From assembly GCA_028534125.1 (NCBI GenBank), contig CM052817.1:101992001-102056000 (forward strand): 64,000 nt of DNA. The letters run 5' to 3'. The position numbers and the translations under genes were made by a program. The notes under the pieces are model-generated. The model searched no databases and was not told the origin of the DNA. It was given only the letters and a program-made list of their open reading frames with translations. Shown here piece by piece: positions 50,224 through 63,194 of the stretch (positions within the stretch are counted from its first letter, which is position 1; each line of letters begins with the position of its first letter). Source of the stretch: Lama glama. Its lineage: Eukaryota.

Positions 50224-50632
50224 AAGATGGTCAACAAGCACATGAAAAGATGCTCAGCATCACTAACTGTTAGTGAAATACAAATCAAAACTACAATGAT
50301 ATATCACCTCACACCAGTCAGAATGGCCATCATTAAAAAGTCCACAAGTGATAAATGCTAGAGAGCCTGTGGAGAAAAGGGAAACCTCCTACACTGCTGG
50401 TAGGAATGTAGTTTGGTGCAGTCATTACGGAAAACAGTATAGAGATTCCTCAAAAGACTAAAAATAGACTTACCATACGATCCAGCAGTCCCACTCATGG
50501 GCATATATCTGGAGGAGAATATAATTAGAAAAGACATATGCACCCCAATGATCACAGTAGCACTATTTACAATAGCCAAGACATGGAAACAACCTAAATG
50601 TCCATCAATAGATTAATGGATAAAGAAGACAT

Positions 50633-50671
<39 letters not shown>

Positions 50672-51090
50672 ATATATAATGGAATACTACACAGCCATTA
50701 AAAAGAATAAAATAATGCCATTTGCAGCAACATGAATGCACCTGAAGATCGTTATTCTGAGTGAAGTAAGCCAGAAAGAAAAAGAAATATACCATATGGT
50801 ATCACTTATATGTGGAATCTTTAAAAAAAAATAAGGGACACAAATGAACTTATCTACAAAACAGAAACAGACTCACAGACACAGAGACATGGTTACCAGC
50901 GGGTAGAGGGGGTGGGAAGGAATAAATTGGGGGTTTGAAATTTGCACCTTTTGGGGAGTGATGGAGAAGTTAGCTATCTTGGTTGTGGTGGTGGTTTCAT
51001 AGGTATACACACCTGAAATATGTGTAGTTTACCATACAGAAATTATACCACAATAAAGGTGTTTAAAGTTTTTTTTAATTAAAAAAAAGA
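50224..51090 (+). mobile_element. Younger L1 ORF2 end and 3'UTR joined to an older L1M-type 3' end
   Basis: ORF2 C-terminus [11 protein letters not shown]...[21 protein letters not shown]; (TA)n at 50635-50678; sequence type switches near 50947. Confidence 0.9.
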
Positions 51091-51639
51091 GAAGAATTGA
51101 TAGGCAGCAAGGACACTGAAGATACACAGAAGAAGGGGAGTACAATGGATGAAGCAGGAAATGGGGGAGAGAGATGAGATTACAATCGTAGGTGAAGGAA
51201 GGAGAGGAGGGGATGGTGAAGAGATTTTTGAGGTTGAGGATGAGGCTGGAGGATGTCAGCCCAGAGGCAGATATATAACTGGCCAGTAACATTTTATGTG
51301 GAGAGTTTCTTAAAGATTCCAGGCACAGGAAGAGGGGAGAAGAAGCAGAGGGACATGATCAAAGAGGTAGATGTAGAAAATTCTAGAAGCAGAAGAATTA
51401 GAACAAGTCATTGACCTACTTCTCTATATGCCCAAAGCTGGGCTGGAAGACATTGTTTCACCTGCCAAACAAGAAATAATTTTCCAAAAGGCAAGAAATG
51501 ATTGGCACAAAGGTTGATTCCCTCACCTCTGTTACCATTGCCTCCTCTACTGTGGGTAATATGTCGGAAGGACAGGGGGAAAAAATTGTTGATTTCTAGG
51601 AAAGATTTCGGCCCACATATTTTCAATTTTACTTTGACT

Positions 51640-54600
51640 GTTCTTGACTCTCTCCACTTCTATATAAAATTTAGTATCTGTCAATGTACACACACACGCA
51701 CATGCACACGCACACACACACACATACACCAGCTTGGATTTTGATTGAGATTATATTGATATATACTGTGATATATAGCATGTATTAGATTAATATGAAG
51801 GTATAATTCCAGTACTGAGTGTTCCAATATGTAAACATAGTATATCCATAGTATTCAATAGCATTTATTGGATCTTGTTCAATTTTTCTCAGCAATGTCT
51901 TGTAGTGAAGTGTGGAGGAATATGTATAAACATGTTTCTTTAGATTTCTGACAATTAAGTGTATTATTTTATTTATTTATTAATTATTATTATTATTTAT
52001 TATTTCTCTTTATTATTGAAATACAGAAGTACATTTAATTTTTGTATATTAATCTTGTATTTGGTAATCTTGTAAAATGTTTTATTTATTAATTTTATAA
52101 TTTTTAAATTTGTAGGCTTCTATGCATGCCCCACTGTCATCTTCTAAAGACAATTTTCTCTCTTTCCATTTATTAAAACTCTTTATTCTCCTTGCCTTGT
52201 TGACATGGATAAGACCTCAAATACAATGTTGAATAGAAGAGGTGACATTGGACATCTTTGACTCATTCTACATTCTTTAAGATAGCTATCAATATGTAAA
52301 AATTAAACATGATTTTTGAGGGGTAAATACTCTTTATCAGAGAAAGAAAATTTTTGTAAATACTCATCCTGTTCCTGGTTTGCTAAACATTTTAAAATCA
52401 TGAATTGGTATTAAATGATAGTAAATATTTTTCTGTATTAACTGAGATGACTATATAATTTTTCTCCCTTTTTCTGTCAATGGGTAAATAACATTGTCAT
52501 TATATGTTTGTGTATATATGATATATATCTGGATTTAATTTGCTGGATTTTAATATTTCCATTTAAAAAGTTCTTAAGAGACAGGCATATACTTTTTGTC
52601 TATTGCAATGGCCTTAGATATTTTGAAGTCACAGTTTTAATGCCCTCATTAAAGATGCAATTATTCTCTTCTCTGGAAGAGTTTGAATAAGATTAGTGTC
52701 ATTTCTTTCCTAAACATTTTGGAGAACTTACCTCTAAAACTAGGTGGGATTGGAGATATCTTTGTTTGTAATTAAAAAGATTTTTAATGACAGATTCAAT
52801 TTCTTTAATGGATACAAGAATATTCAGATTTTAAAATTTTCTTCTTGCATCAATTTTGGTAAATTGTGTTTTTTTAGGTATTTGTAGACATTAAACTTCA
52901 AAATGTATTGGAATAAAGTTATTCATAAAGTCCCCTTATCTTTTTAACTAATATACTTTATACTTTAGAATAGTTTTAGAGTTATAGAAAAATTGAGTAA
53001 GTATTATAGAATATTCCAATATACAGCCACACATAGTTTCCCTTATTATTAACATCTTACATTAGTATGGCACTTTGTTACAACTAATAAATTAGCATTG
53101 ATTTTTATGTCTCTCTGGCTTCCTTTGGTGTTGACTGTCCTTGTTTTTGATGACCTTGACACTTTTGAGGAGTGCTGGTCAAATACAGTATAGGATGACC
53201 CTCTGATGGGATTTCATTATGCCCCAGATATTTCTTATTGTTAATCTCTCTTTCTAGAATATCTATTACTCCATCTTTCAGTTCATTAATCTTTTTTACG
53301 CCCAAACTGCTGTCAAGAGTATCTATTGAATTCCTTATTAATACCATTGCATTTTTCACTTCCGTAATTTCCACTTGATGTTTTCAAACATATTTTAGTT
53401 TCCTACTGAAATTCTCCATCTTGATACTTATTTTCTTAAATATATTGCCACAATTGAAAGTCTGTGTCTAATTCTTCAATAATTGGGTCATCAAGTCATT
53501 TTTTCTTCTTCTTTTTGGTCCCAGTTTTTAGTATGCTTGACATTTTTTGAGAAATAGACTCTATTATTTAGAGAAGTTTTAGGTTCACAACAAAATTGAA
53601 CAGAAAGAAGAAAGAGTTCCCATATAGCCCCTGCCCAACCTGCTGCCCCCGCCCCCTCCTCCCACAGCTGCCCTACTAGCAACATCCTTCACTCGAGTGG
53701 CACATATTTTATAATCAGTGAACCTTATTGACACATTACTACCATCCACAGTTTAGTTTATTCTTGATGTTGTACATTCTGTGGGTTCTGACAAATGTAG
53801 AATGACATATACCCATCATCATAGTACTATACAGAATAGTTTCACTGCCTTAAAAATCCTCGGTGCTCCACCTGCTCTTTCCCCCCTCCCCCCAATGCCT
53901 GGCAATCACTGATCTTTTTCCTGTCTCCATAGTTCTGCCAGCATACTTGGCAATTTTTGAATGAATGGAAGACTGTGTATGAGGAAGTAGGGAGACTGAA
54001 TGGCACTTCCTTCTTCCTGAAGTGGGCGGGGAGGTCCTTTTATTCTTTGATGGGCAGCTGTGGTGGGACAGACCACCTCAATCCAACCAGTGACCAGACT
54101 GGCTTGAAGCTGAGTTCCAGTGAGGCTTGGTCAACTCTTGTTTTCCTCTGCTCCTAGAGTATAGATTTCTAGAGGTCTCACTGAGAATCTGGGGTGTTTG
54201 CTAATAGTCCTTTTCTTTGGAAGTTTCCAAAGTTCTTTGTCTCTTCAGTCCTCTGAGACTGCTGAAAATAACACTCTACATTTCAGAAACTTTTTTGCTT
54301 AGTTACACAGCATTTTTTCCCTGAGTAGATTAATATTAAGCAAATTCCTCTGGGCAGAAAGCACTAAATATTGGACTTATTTCTTTGCACTTTCCTTTCT
54401 TGGCCCCTTAAGTCCTAGATGCCTCGGCACCCCTAACTATAAATGTTGTCTTCTGAGCCCAGAAGCTTGCTTAAAGCTCTTGAGTTTTCAGCCTCTTGTC
54501 CGGGGCTGATTTCAGCAAGTGCCTCAATTCGTAATTTGTTTCAAGGAATGTCAGTGCACCTTTCTTTCTTCTGAGATCTTGGCTCATCAATCCTAGTTAC

Positions 54601-54720
54601 CTTAGTAGTTCTTTGATGACCTTCAGGAGGTCAAGAGAATTTTTATATGTATTTTTATCCAGCTTTTCTAGTTGCCTCATCAGAAGCCTTGGATGCTGAA
54701 AGCTACTCCATCTTAGCCCA
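51640..54720 (-). mobile_element. Mosaic of ancient L1 (ORF2/ORF1 remnants) with nested L1MC/MD-like 3' ends (~52950-53200 and 53545-53940)
   Basis: acaatgttgaatagaagaggtgacattggacatcttt (ORF2); ORF1-like MEITEVKNAMVLIRNSIDTLDSSL; ttttaggttcacaacaaaattgaacagaaag (3' end). Confidence 0.7.
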
Positions 54721-54971
54721 GCGAGCTTAAAATTTGATAAATGCCATGATCCATTTCTTTAAAAGTTCTGTTAGAAATTTTACACTATTTTTTTTACTCC
54801 TTGAACTGGTTTATTTACTCATTTTCACTCTACTTTCTCCACAGGTTTTCTATGTAACTTAGAATCCTTATGTAATATAATTTTAGACTTAAATGTCTTT
54901 TGATTGCTGTATAATATTTTTCTTAAACCAAATGAGCACACAATATTTTTAGAATTTAATTTTTTTGACCA

Positions 54972-55180
54972 ACAGTTTCTAACCCTCTAAGTCTCTAATT
55001 AAATGGGTCTCATTTCTGTCTGCATTTTGAATTACCTAGGGAGCTTTAAGACTTGCTGCTGCATAGGTCCTACCCCTATACTATACATTATTTAATTGGT
55101 CTTCGGTGCTTTGTTGTTACGGAATCTTTAAATCTCTCCAAGTCTTTATAATGTGCAGCCATTACTGGCAATCCTTGCTC
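54972..55180. mobile_element. MER5B-like MITE
   Basis: gaattacctagggagcttt...tttaattggtct...ataatgtgcagcc. Confidence 0.55.
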
Positions 55181-55689
55181 TAAATGTTAGAAAAAATTTC
55201 CTCTGGTTTGAGTAATTATTGGAAACTTAGTAGGTGTACAATTAATCACAATAAATTAAATATGTTATAAATTTTGATGACCGAGAGTTCATAGACACCA
55301 GTATTTCAAATTGTACCCTTGTCATTTCAAAGGTTTTCACACTTTGTGGTAGTGCATCGATAGAGATTAAAGATACGTCTTTCTTTCTAGATGGGTAAGA
55401 TATGCCTTTTTTAAAGCTTAATAAGGGCCTTTATGGGAGGGGAGGTGGGAAAGAAGTACCTTCAACCAAAGACACATTCTCAGGTCGATCAATACTAGGA
55501 AAGAGCACAAATGCAACTCAAGATCTACAGCTTGAACGTCTTAAAGCTCTCCTTGCCACACACCCATGGGAAAATCTTTCCTGTCCCTCAACTCAGGTCA
55601 GGGGTGCACCCCAATGAAAACCATTGTTCTTCATCATAGCAGATAATGTTCCTTTTCCCCTTCAAATTAATTCCCCGCCTTCTCCATAT

Positions 55690-56060
55690 GCTCTCTGCGT
55701 CTGGAGGCTGATCTAAATAGATAATACTATCAACCTTTCTTGCCCTCTGGCTGCTGGTTAGATTTATTCAGTGAGCTAGGGAGGAGAGTGAGGTCAGGCT
55801 GTTTGTTTTCCAGTTCCCTTTCAGCAGGGTTTTCCGGGGAAAGCTGATTCTCTTGACTCAAAGTCCCAGGTCTTTTTAGGTGACCATCTCCCTATGACTT
55901 TCTCCTTCTGGTTGTTAAATAGTTGCTCTCTCCTCTTGTCCCCTTGGGCCTAGAGCAGGTAATAGCCTCGGGGCAGTTCATTATCCCCTGTGATGTCCTT
56001 ACACCATTTGAAAATAGTCTCTGTATTAAATTCTTCTTAAATTATTTTGATTTGCACATA
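55690..56060 (+). mobile_element. LTR33-like ERVL LTR
   Basis: tgccctctggct...ggaggagagtgaggtcagg...ccccttgggcctagagcaggtaa...aaatagtctctgtattaaa. Confidence 0.7.
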
Positions 56061-56201
56061 CGTGGTGGATACCTCTAGGGAGAGAGGAGCCCTTGGTATG
56101 ACTCAGTGGCTTCCACAGAGGTTGACTGGGATCAGGGATGTCACAGAACCAGGGTTCTAGTTCCTCGTCTTCTCTAATAACAGAGCACAATAGCTATCTC
56201 T

Positions 56202-57006
56202 TTTTTTAATTAAATTAAATTAAATTTAATTTTTAAAATTGAAGTATAGCCAGCTTATAATGTGCCAGTTTCTGGCGCACAGCGTAATATTTCAATCATA
56301 CATAAGCATACATACACTCATTCTTTTCCATTATAGGTTACTATGAGATATTGAATATAGTTCCCTGTGCTGTACCAGAAGAAACTTATTGAGTATCTAT
56401 TTTATATATAGTAGTTAGTATCTGCAAATCTCAAACTCCCAGTTTATCCCTTCCCACCTCCTTTACCCTCTGGTAATCATATTTGTTTTCTTTGTCTGTG
56501 AGTCTGTTTCTGTTTTGTAAATAAGTTCATTTGTCTTTTTTTTAGATTCCACATATGAATGATATCACCAGGTCCATCCATGTTGCTACCAATGCATTAT
56601 TTTATTTTTTATGGCTGAGTAGTATTCCATTGTATAAATATACCACAACCTCTTTATTCAATCATCTGTTGATGGACATTTAGGTTGTTACCATGTCTTG
56701 GCTGTTGTAAATACTGATGCTGTGAACATTGGGGCACATGTGCCTTTTTAAATTATGTTTTTCTCTGGACATACACTCAGGAGTGGGATTGCTGGATCAT
56801 ATGGTAAGTCTGTTTTTAGTTTTTTGAGGAATCTCTATACTGTTTTCCATAACGGCTGCACCAAACTGCATTCCCACCAGCAGCATGGTAGAATTCCCTT
56901 TTCTCCACAGCCTCTCCAGCATTTATCATTTGTGGACTTTTTATTTGTGGCTATTCTGATGGGTGTGAGGTGATACCTCATTGTAGTTTTGATTTTCTCT
57001 GAAAAT
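56202..57006 (-). mobile_element. 5'-truncated artiodactyl-type L1
   Basis: Antisense 3'UTR and ORF2 end; TSD cacaatagctatctct / cacaatatctatttct. Confidence 0.9.
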
Positions 57007-57413
57007 CACAATATCTATTTCTGACCAAACCTCAACAGACAAACCTGGTATTCTGACTCTGTCAATATACAGATCTCAGATAATGAATGCTTCAGCTGAA
57101 CTCGTTCAAAACTCATACAATGAATACATGGATTTTCTGCTCTGGATCATTTCCTGCCCACATCTTTATATGCTTGGTGAGTGAGGGATAATTTGACAAC
57201 ACCAAAGGAAGAATGTCAGACATACACAATACGTACAGTCTTCCATCACCCATTTACCCCTTATTTATATACAATTCTGTCTTTTGTTGTTCACAAATTG
57301 TTTCTTGAAAGTTGGTCTCCTCTTTTTAGCTAGATTGTAAGTTTCATGGGGACATAAACCACAAAAGTAAATTCATTTGCAGTTGCTGTCGCCTGAAAAT
57401 TTTCTACTCAGCT

Positions 57414-57937
57414 TGTTACCGAGTCCAAACTCATACTGCTCACCACAAAACAGGCCAATAAACTGGGAGATGAGGTGGTGGGGCAAGAAATAATGGCCTT
57501 ATTTGGAAAGCCAGCAGACCGAGATGACAGCAGACTAATGTCCTGGAGAAAGAACCATCTTCCCCAAGACAGAATTCAGGCTCTTTTTATACTAAAAAGG
57601 GGAGGGGATGTGGTAGGTTGTTACAAACTTCTTGCTGTCAGAATCCTTTTTTCTTGCAGCTGTCTGGGCAAGTCAAGTCATGATATTCCTGTAAATCTCC
57701 AACAAGACAAATGTTATTCTCTGTTCTGCAACTTTTTATCTCTACATGAATGGAGAAGTATTATACCCTTAAAGGTCAGAGCCTTGAGAATGGGCTCTCC
57801 TGTCTATTTCAGGCTCAAGGCAACGTTCTTTCACAAAAGGTGCAGAACCAGCATGACTGAGCTCAGGAAACAGAGCCCAGGGTTAGAGCCAAAGGAACAG
57901 ATGTAATATGGAGTCAGATTTGTTCTTTCCTGTTACA
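57414..57937 (-). mobile_element. Solo ERV1-like LTR (524 bp)
   Basis: tgttac...gttaca ends, TSD agct/agtt, minus-strand TATAAAA near 57585. Confidence 0.85.
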
Positions 57938-58227
57938 AGTTCTCTTCCTGCTCACTTACCTTTTGCACAGCCAACTTGGTGTCAAGCTTATCCAGTGAGT
58001 TCTTCATTTCAATCGTTGCATTTTCTTTGTTCATTCATTCATTAACGAAAGTATTTATTGAGTTCCTAATTCATGCTAGGCATTGGATTAGTTGTAAAAC
58101 TGAACAGAGGATCCTGACTAGTGTTAATTAAATGAGTTTAATGATAATTGATTTTAAAAGATTGATTAGTTAAAAAGGATTGTATGCTCTTATTCAGCTT
58201 TCACAAACCCCATCTACGCTCACTGTG

Positions 58228-58785
58228 ACTATCAGAATTCTTGATTGAAAAATGATACAAAATAACTCTGGGTAACTTAGGCAGAAAAGGAATTAATTGG
58301 GACAATACTTCATAAATTACAAACTCAACCAACAGTCTGGAGAATTAGCTGTAGAATACAGGTAGACACCTAAGGAGGCTGGGCAGGAGCAGGTGAGAAT
58401 TAGGCAGAACACACGTGGGGAACAGACAGCTGTCACAGCACTGATGATGGACACCTGATGTATCATTGGACCCTTGACCCCGATGTCTCTCTAGAGACGG
58501 GAGATAAGAAGCAAGCACTTCTCCTACCTTTGGAAGCTGTTGTCAACTCTCTCTGCTCCTTATGCCACACTCACTCCAGACCGTGGGACACCATGGTGAT
58601 CATCTGTGGAGGCGAATTTAGGTTCCTGCCAATTGCTAGGGACTTGGGACAATGAAGGTATTCGGGGCTTCTGAGAGGTGGCACGCCACTTCCAATTAAG
58701 ACCCCCACACTGGAAGACTTCCCAAACATGGGAAGGAAGGCCACACGCTTGGAAGGCCAAGAAATGCTCCTAATTGTCCACTCTG
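58228..58785 (-). mobile_element. Old MaLR LTR (MLT1-like)
   Basis: aactctgggtaacttaggcagaaaaggaattaattgg start and ...tgtccact end. Confidence 0.5.
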
Positions 58786-59138
58786 TTCATAACGAAGTTT
58801 GCAGCCAACACACAGGCAATGGAATTATGTACGGGTAAACGACTTAGGAATTGCTGAGTATTCCAGACACTCATGGAGGCAGGGTTTTCATGATAAATAT
58901 TAATGGCTTCTCCAGGAATTGAGCTATTCAGGAAGAATTTGTCATTGTTAGTTCACAAAAATATTTGTCAGGACACAACAGAGCAGGGCTAATTCGTTCA
59001 CTCATTTCCATAAACATTTACGGACCACATGTTAAGCGTAAGGTGCTGGGAGGTAGGGAAACGTGGCTGCCCCGCCTCCTGCCATCCCAGGGTCAGCTTC
59101 CAGCCTGGTCTTGGGGGCTTTACTATAATTTAACCCAA

Positions 59139-59178
59139 TCTCTCTCTCTCCTCTCTCTCCTGTCTCTCTCTCTCTCTC
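59139..59178 (+). repeat. Imperfect (TC)n
   Basis: TC tract just before the gap. Confidence 0.9.
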
Positions 59179-59207
59179 ACTTTACTTAGTGCTTCTCTTT
59201 TTCTAAC

Positions 59208-59707
59208 NNNNNNNNNNNNNNNNNNNNNNNNNNNNNNNNNNNNNNNNNNNNNNNNNNNNNNNNNNNNNNNNNNNNNNNNNNNNNNNNNNNNNNNNNNNNN
59301 NNNNNNNNNNNNNNNNNNNNNNNNNNNNNNNNNNNNNNNNNNNNNNNNNNNNNNNNNNNNNNNNNNNNNNNNNNNNNNNNNNNNNNNNNNNNNNNNNNNN
59401 NNNNNNNNNNNNNNNNNNNNNNNNNNNNNNNNNNNNNNNNNNNNNNNNNNNNNNNNNNNNNNNNNNNNNNNNNNNNNNNNNNNNNNNNNNNNNNNNNNNN
59501 NNNNNNNNNNNNNNNNNNNNNNNNNNNNNNNNNNNNNNNNNNNNNNNNNNNNNNNNNNNNNNNNNNNNNNNNNNNNNNNNNNNNNNNNNNNNNNNNNNNN
59601 NNNNNNNNNNNNNNNNNNNNNNNNNNNNNNNNNNNNNNNNNNNNNNNNNNNNNNNNNNNNNNNNNNNNNNNNNNNNNNNNNNNNNNNNNNNNNNNNNNNN
59701 NNNNNNN
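59208..59707. other. Assembly gap (500 N)
   Basis: Run of N. Confidence 1.
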
Positions 59708-60245
59708 CTGGAAGGGTCACATTCAAGTTCTCCACTTATCAACAAAAGGGTTTCTATTCTATTTGTAATTATCTCCCACAAATCCACCCATGAATTTCCC
59801 TTCCATCTAAGTGTCCACATCAAGGATATCAAATAAACAAGGATTAAAGAAAGTCAGAAGGAAAGGAAATTACAATGAATTATCAAGAATATTCTGTGCA
59901 TTATTTTTGAGGGCAACGCATGACCTGTGTGGGGGGAAAAGGACCCACCAGAGAGAACCTATGGGGTAGTTCCATTTGGGCAATAACTCTGATTGCTCAG
60001 AACCACCCCAGTGAACTGTGTGATGAAGCTGTGAGGCAGGAGGCAGCCAGATTTCTCAAGTGTGCGGTGACTTCCATCGAGGAAATACACTGCTTGGTAC
60101 TCGGGGCAGTGGAAAGCGGGGGACCTCTACTTGAAGTGCTCCCTATCTTTCCTAACTCTGCAGTGATCTTGTGAATTGGATGATTGTGTTCCTTTAAGGA
60201 TGTCTGCCAAATAATTAGTCTCAATGCTGACAAAACATGGCCTCC

Positions 60246-60962
60246 TTACCCCACTTATTGAATTGAGACTCAAGAGTTTTGGATAAAGAAGAAAAGGCAG
60301 CTCTATTTCTTTGCCAGGCAAAGGCACTCACAGTGGGCTAATGCCTCTGACTGTGAGCCTACAGGGGAGAGAAGGCAGAGGGTTTTATAATAAAAGCTCA
60401 GGGCCAGAGCTAGTTTCCATAGAGATCACATACAGGACAACAAATTGTTGCAAAGTTATTCTTCTTTTTGCAGGTGCAGTGGTCCCCTTTCCTCTGCTGG
60501 GTATAAAGTTCATCTCTGGCTTTAGGACTCTCATAATATTCTTATACCTAGAACAAAGGATGCCTAGGAAGGGGCTCCATGGAAAAGAGCTCTAGAGAAA
60601 ACCTTGTGCAGTTTAAAGTCAGGTTGATAAATACTTCTAGCCTTTTAAGCAGGCTGAGGCCTGGGACCTCCTACTGTAGGCTGAGATCTGCAGCTTGAAC
60701 AACAGGATACAAGGAAACCACAAGAGGTCAAAAGGAGGGCACTGGGGACAAAAGCAGGGCACTGAGCATGATCCCTGCATACAGCACCAGCATCACAAGG
60801 AGGTTGGGCGGACCACCCAAGACTCCCTCCTTTCCAGCCTAACCCTGGTCAGCAAGAGCATGAGAAAAACCCTCTAAACCACTATACAGTTAAGCAGTTA
60901 CAAGCACCAGTATAGATATCAGATGGCCACTGATGATGACAATCAGGTCCTGCTGAGTTACA
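60246..60962 (-). mobile_element. ERV1-like LTR, left end uncertain
   Basis: Ends ggtcctgctgagttaca (compare ggtcctgcttggtttca at 18881); minus-strand TATAAAA near 60385. Confidence 0.6.
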
Positions 60963-61669
60963 TCAATGTTCAAATAAACCTATACTTATCTAGAGGAAGG
61001 TGATGTTGTTGCTAGCTGAAAAACAAATGCCTTTGGAGGTTTTTTTTTTTTTTTTTGGTTCTTTTACACTTGTTTTTCTAGGCACCAACAAAGCCAGAAG
61101 AAATTCCCTAATGAAGCCAGAGTCTGTCCATTAGCATCCATTTAAATGATGTCTTTTCTTTCCAAACTCACACATTCTTTACTGGTGAGTGAATAGACGA
61201 GAATGTGACATCCTTTCTGCCACCCTTCACATTAAGACACATTCCTTCTACTCTCTTAATAGTCTTGACATAGGCTAAGCCTTCCAGAGTTCATTTATAG
61301 AAATTCTAAATTCATGCAAATGCATCATTTTTCCAGTGAATTAAAGAAGAGAAACAGAGCATAGAAATAGAGCTGCAGGGAAAAAGCTACACAAGGACCA
61401 CCCTGAAATGGTGTAGAGATTCAATGTCTGTTTCCAATAATTGGTTTCTAGGAGGTGAATGAGTTATGTTTACAATTCCAAAGGAGAAGAGGATGGAGAG
61501 GACATCTGCACTGAGTAGGGTAGGTTGGCATAACTTGTGACAAGTTGTGACCCCTGTTTGTAAGTGAGGTCAGGTATGTTTGCATAAAAATAGTGATGAG
61601 CCTTTGGGTACAGTGGTGCAGTTGGGCAGACAGGATGGAGAAAGAGAGAAGGGACAAAGGAGAGAGTCA

Positions 61670-61800
61670 GAGTGTGTTGATGAAAACATCTAGGGTGGGA
61701 AATCCTGGCTTTGGGTCTAAGCTCTGCCAGATAGTAGTTACTTTGGACAATTCATTTCTGCTCTGTAGGCCTCAGACTAGTCATCTTTAAAATGACTTTC
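61670..61800 (+). mobile_element. MIR fragment
   Basis: actttggacaattcattt...ggcctcag...tcatctttaaaatg. Confidence 0.6.
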
Positions 61801-61807
61801 ATTATAC

Positions 61808-62311
61808 TGCTGATTCTCAAACTTTTTGATCTAAGGACCCTGCCACACTCTAAAAAACTGAGAACTCCAAAGAGCTTTGATTTACACGGGTTCTATCTAT
61901 TGATAATTACCATATTAGAAATTAAAATGTACAAATCTTTAAAACCTTTATTCATTTATTTAAAATAGCAAACTCATTTCATCTTAACATAATATATGAT
62001 TATAAAAATCATATTTTCCAGAACAGAAATAAATTTAGTGAGAAGAGTAACACTGTTTTGTACTTTTGCAAAATTTTTCAATGTTTTGACTTAACAGAAG
62101 ACAACCAGATTGTCAGATCTGCTTCTGCAGATTGAATCTGTTGCAATTTCATATATCATGTAGCCTCTGGAAAACTCCACTGTACATGCACAAAAGAAAG
62201 AGTGAAAAAGCAAAATAATGGCTGAATATTATGCAAATAGTTTTGACCTTGTAGGTTTCTAGAAAGGGTCTTGGGAAAGTCTGTTTGCTTTCCCAAGACA
62301 TAACAATACTG
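61808..62311 (+). mobile_element. Charlie4a-like hAT DNA transposon
   Basis: ttctcaaactttttgatctaaggaccc...ccaaagagcttt...ccatattagaaattaaaa...tagttttgacct; ~500 bp. Confidence 0.8.
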
Positions 62312-62669
62312 CTTTCTTTGTTTTATGTATGAAAGGTACACATTAAATTTTTCATGACCGTGCACCTATTCCTTCATCCATGATCTTCAGATTTTTGGCA
62401 AATAGGAGGGTTCTCCCAGGTGCCTCAACGGCCCCCCCCCACCCCATTCTCCTCAGTCATCCAGAGTATGCAATGGAAACTTCATAGGCCATTTCTGGCT
62501 GCTCTCTTGGCATTTATACCACACTGCCATCTCCCCCATCCCTTTCCCATTTTGTAATCTAGTCCCTTGGAATAGACATACGATGCAAAACCTGTACCTC
62601 TGCCTGCGTTACAGGATGGGGAAGCATTCTTCATCCTCTTGACCTGAGGGCATCTATTTGCTTTTCCCA

Positions 62670-62895
62670 TGATGTAGAGGAGTGAATATAGGCTTTAGAA
62701 TTAGGCTTGAGCTGAAATCTAGTTCTGCCATTTATGTGGCTGTGGGCACATTAATTAATATCTTTGATCCTCATTTTCCTTGTTTATAAAATAAGGACAA
62801 TTTATGTGATTGGTGTATGGATTAAATGTGATAATGTATGTATTTCTTGTGAGACTTATGGTAGTCATTCAAAAATGGTAACCATTATTATTAGA
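62670..62895 (+). mobile_element. MIR SINE
   Basis: aatctagttctgccattta...cctcattttccttgtttataaaataagg...ggattaaatgtgataatgtatg. Confidence 0.8.
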
Positions 62896-63011
62896 CAAGA
62901 GCATTAGAATTACTCATAAACTTGGGAGAAAAAATAATAAAAAAAGATTCTTTTGAGAAAGAAATGATTACTTTTCACTGTTCATTTGTTTATGTGAAGG
63001 AATTTCCATTA

Positions 63012-63135
63012 GTTAGTGTTCTCCATCTTTTTGTTTTGAGGATCTTGTTACATTCTTATAAGCCCTTGAGACCACTAAAAGAACTTCTGTTTATGTGGGT
63101 TCTAGCTACTAATATTTTCCATATTAGAATTGTTT
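63012..63135 (+). mobile_element. Charlie4z-like fragment
   Basis: aaagaacttctgtttatgtgggttctagctactaatattttccatattagaa, similar to the 61808 element. Confidence 0.65.
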
Positions 63136-63194
63136 TCCTTTCTTCATTTTTAAAGTCTAATTTACATTTATCCTGAAAATGATAAAAAAGTAAA

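Noticed and set aside
57475..57906. 143-aa plus-strand ORF
   Set aside because: Entirely within a solo LTR, antisense to it, with a non-ATG start
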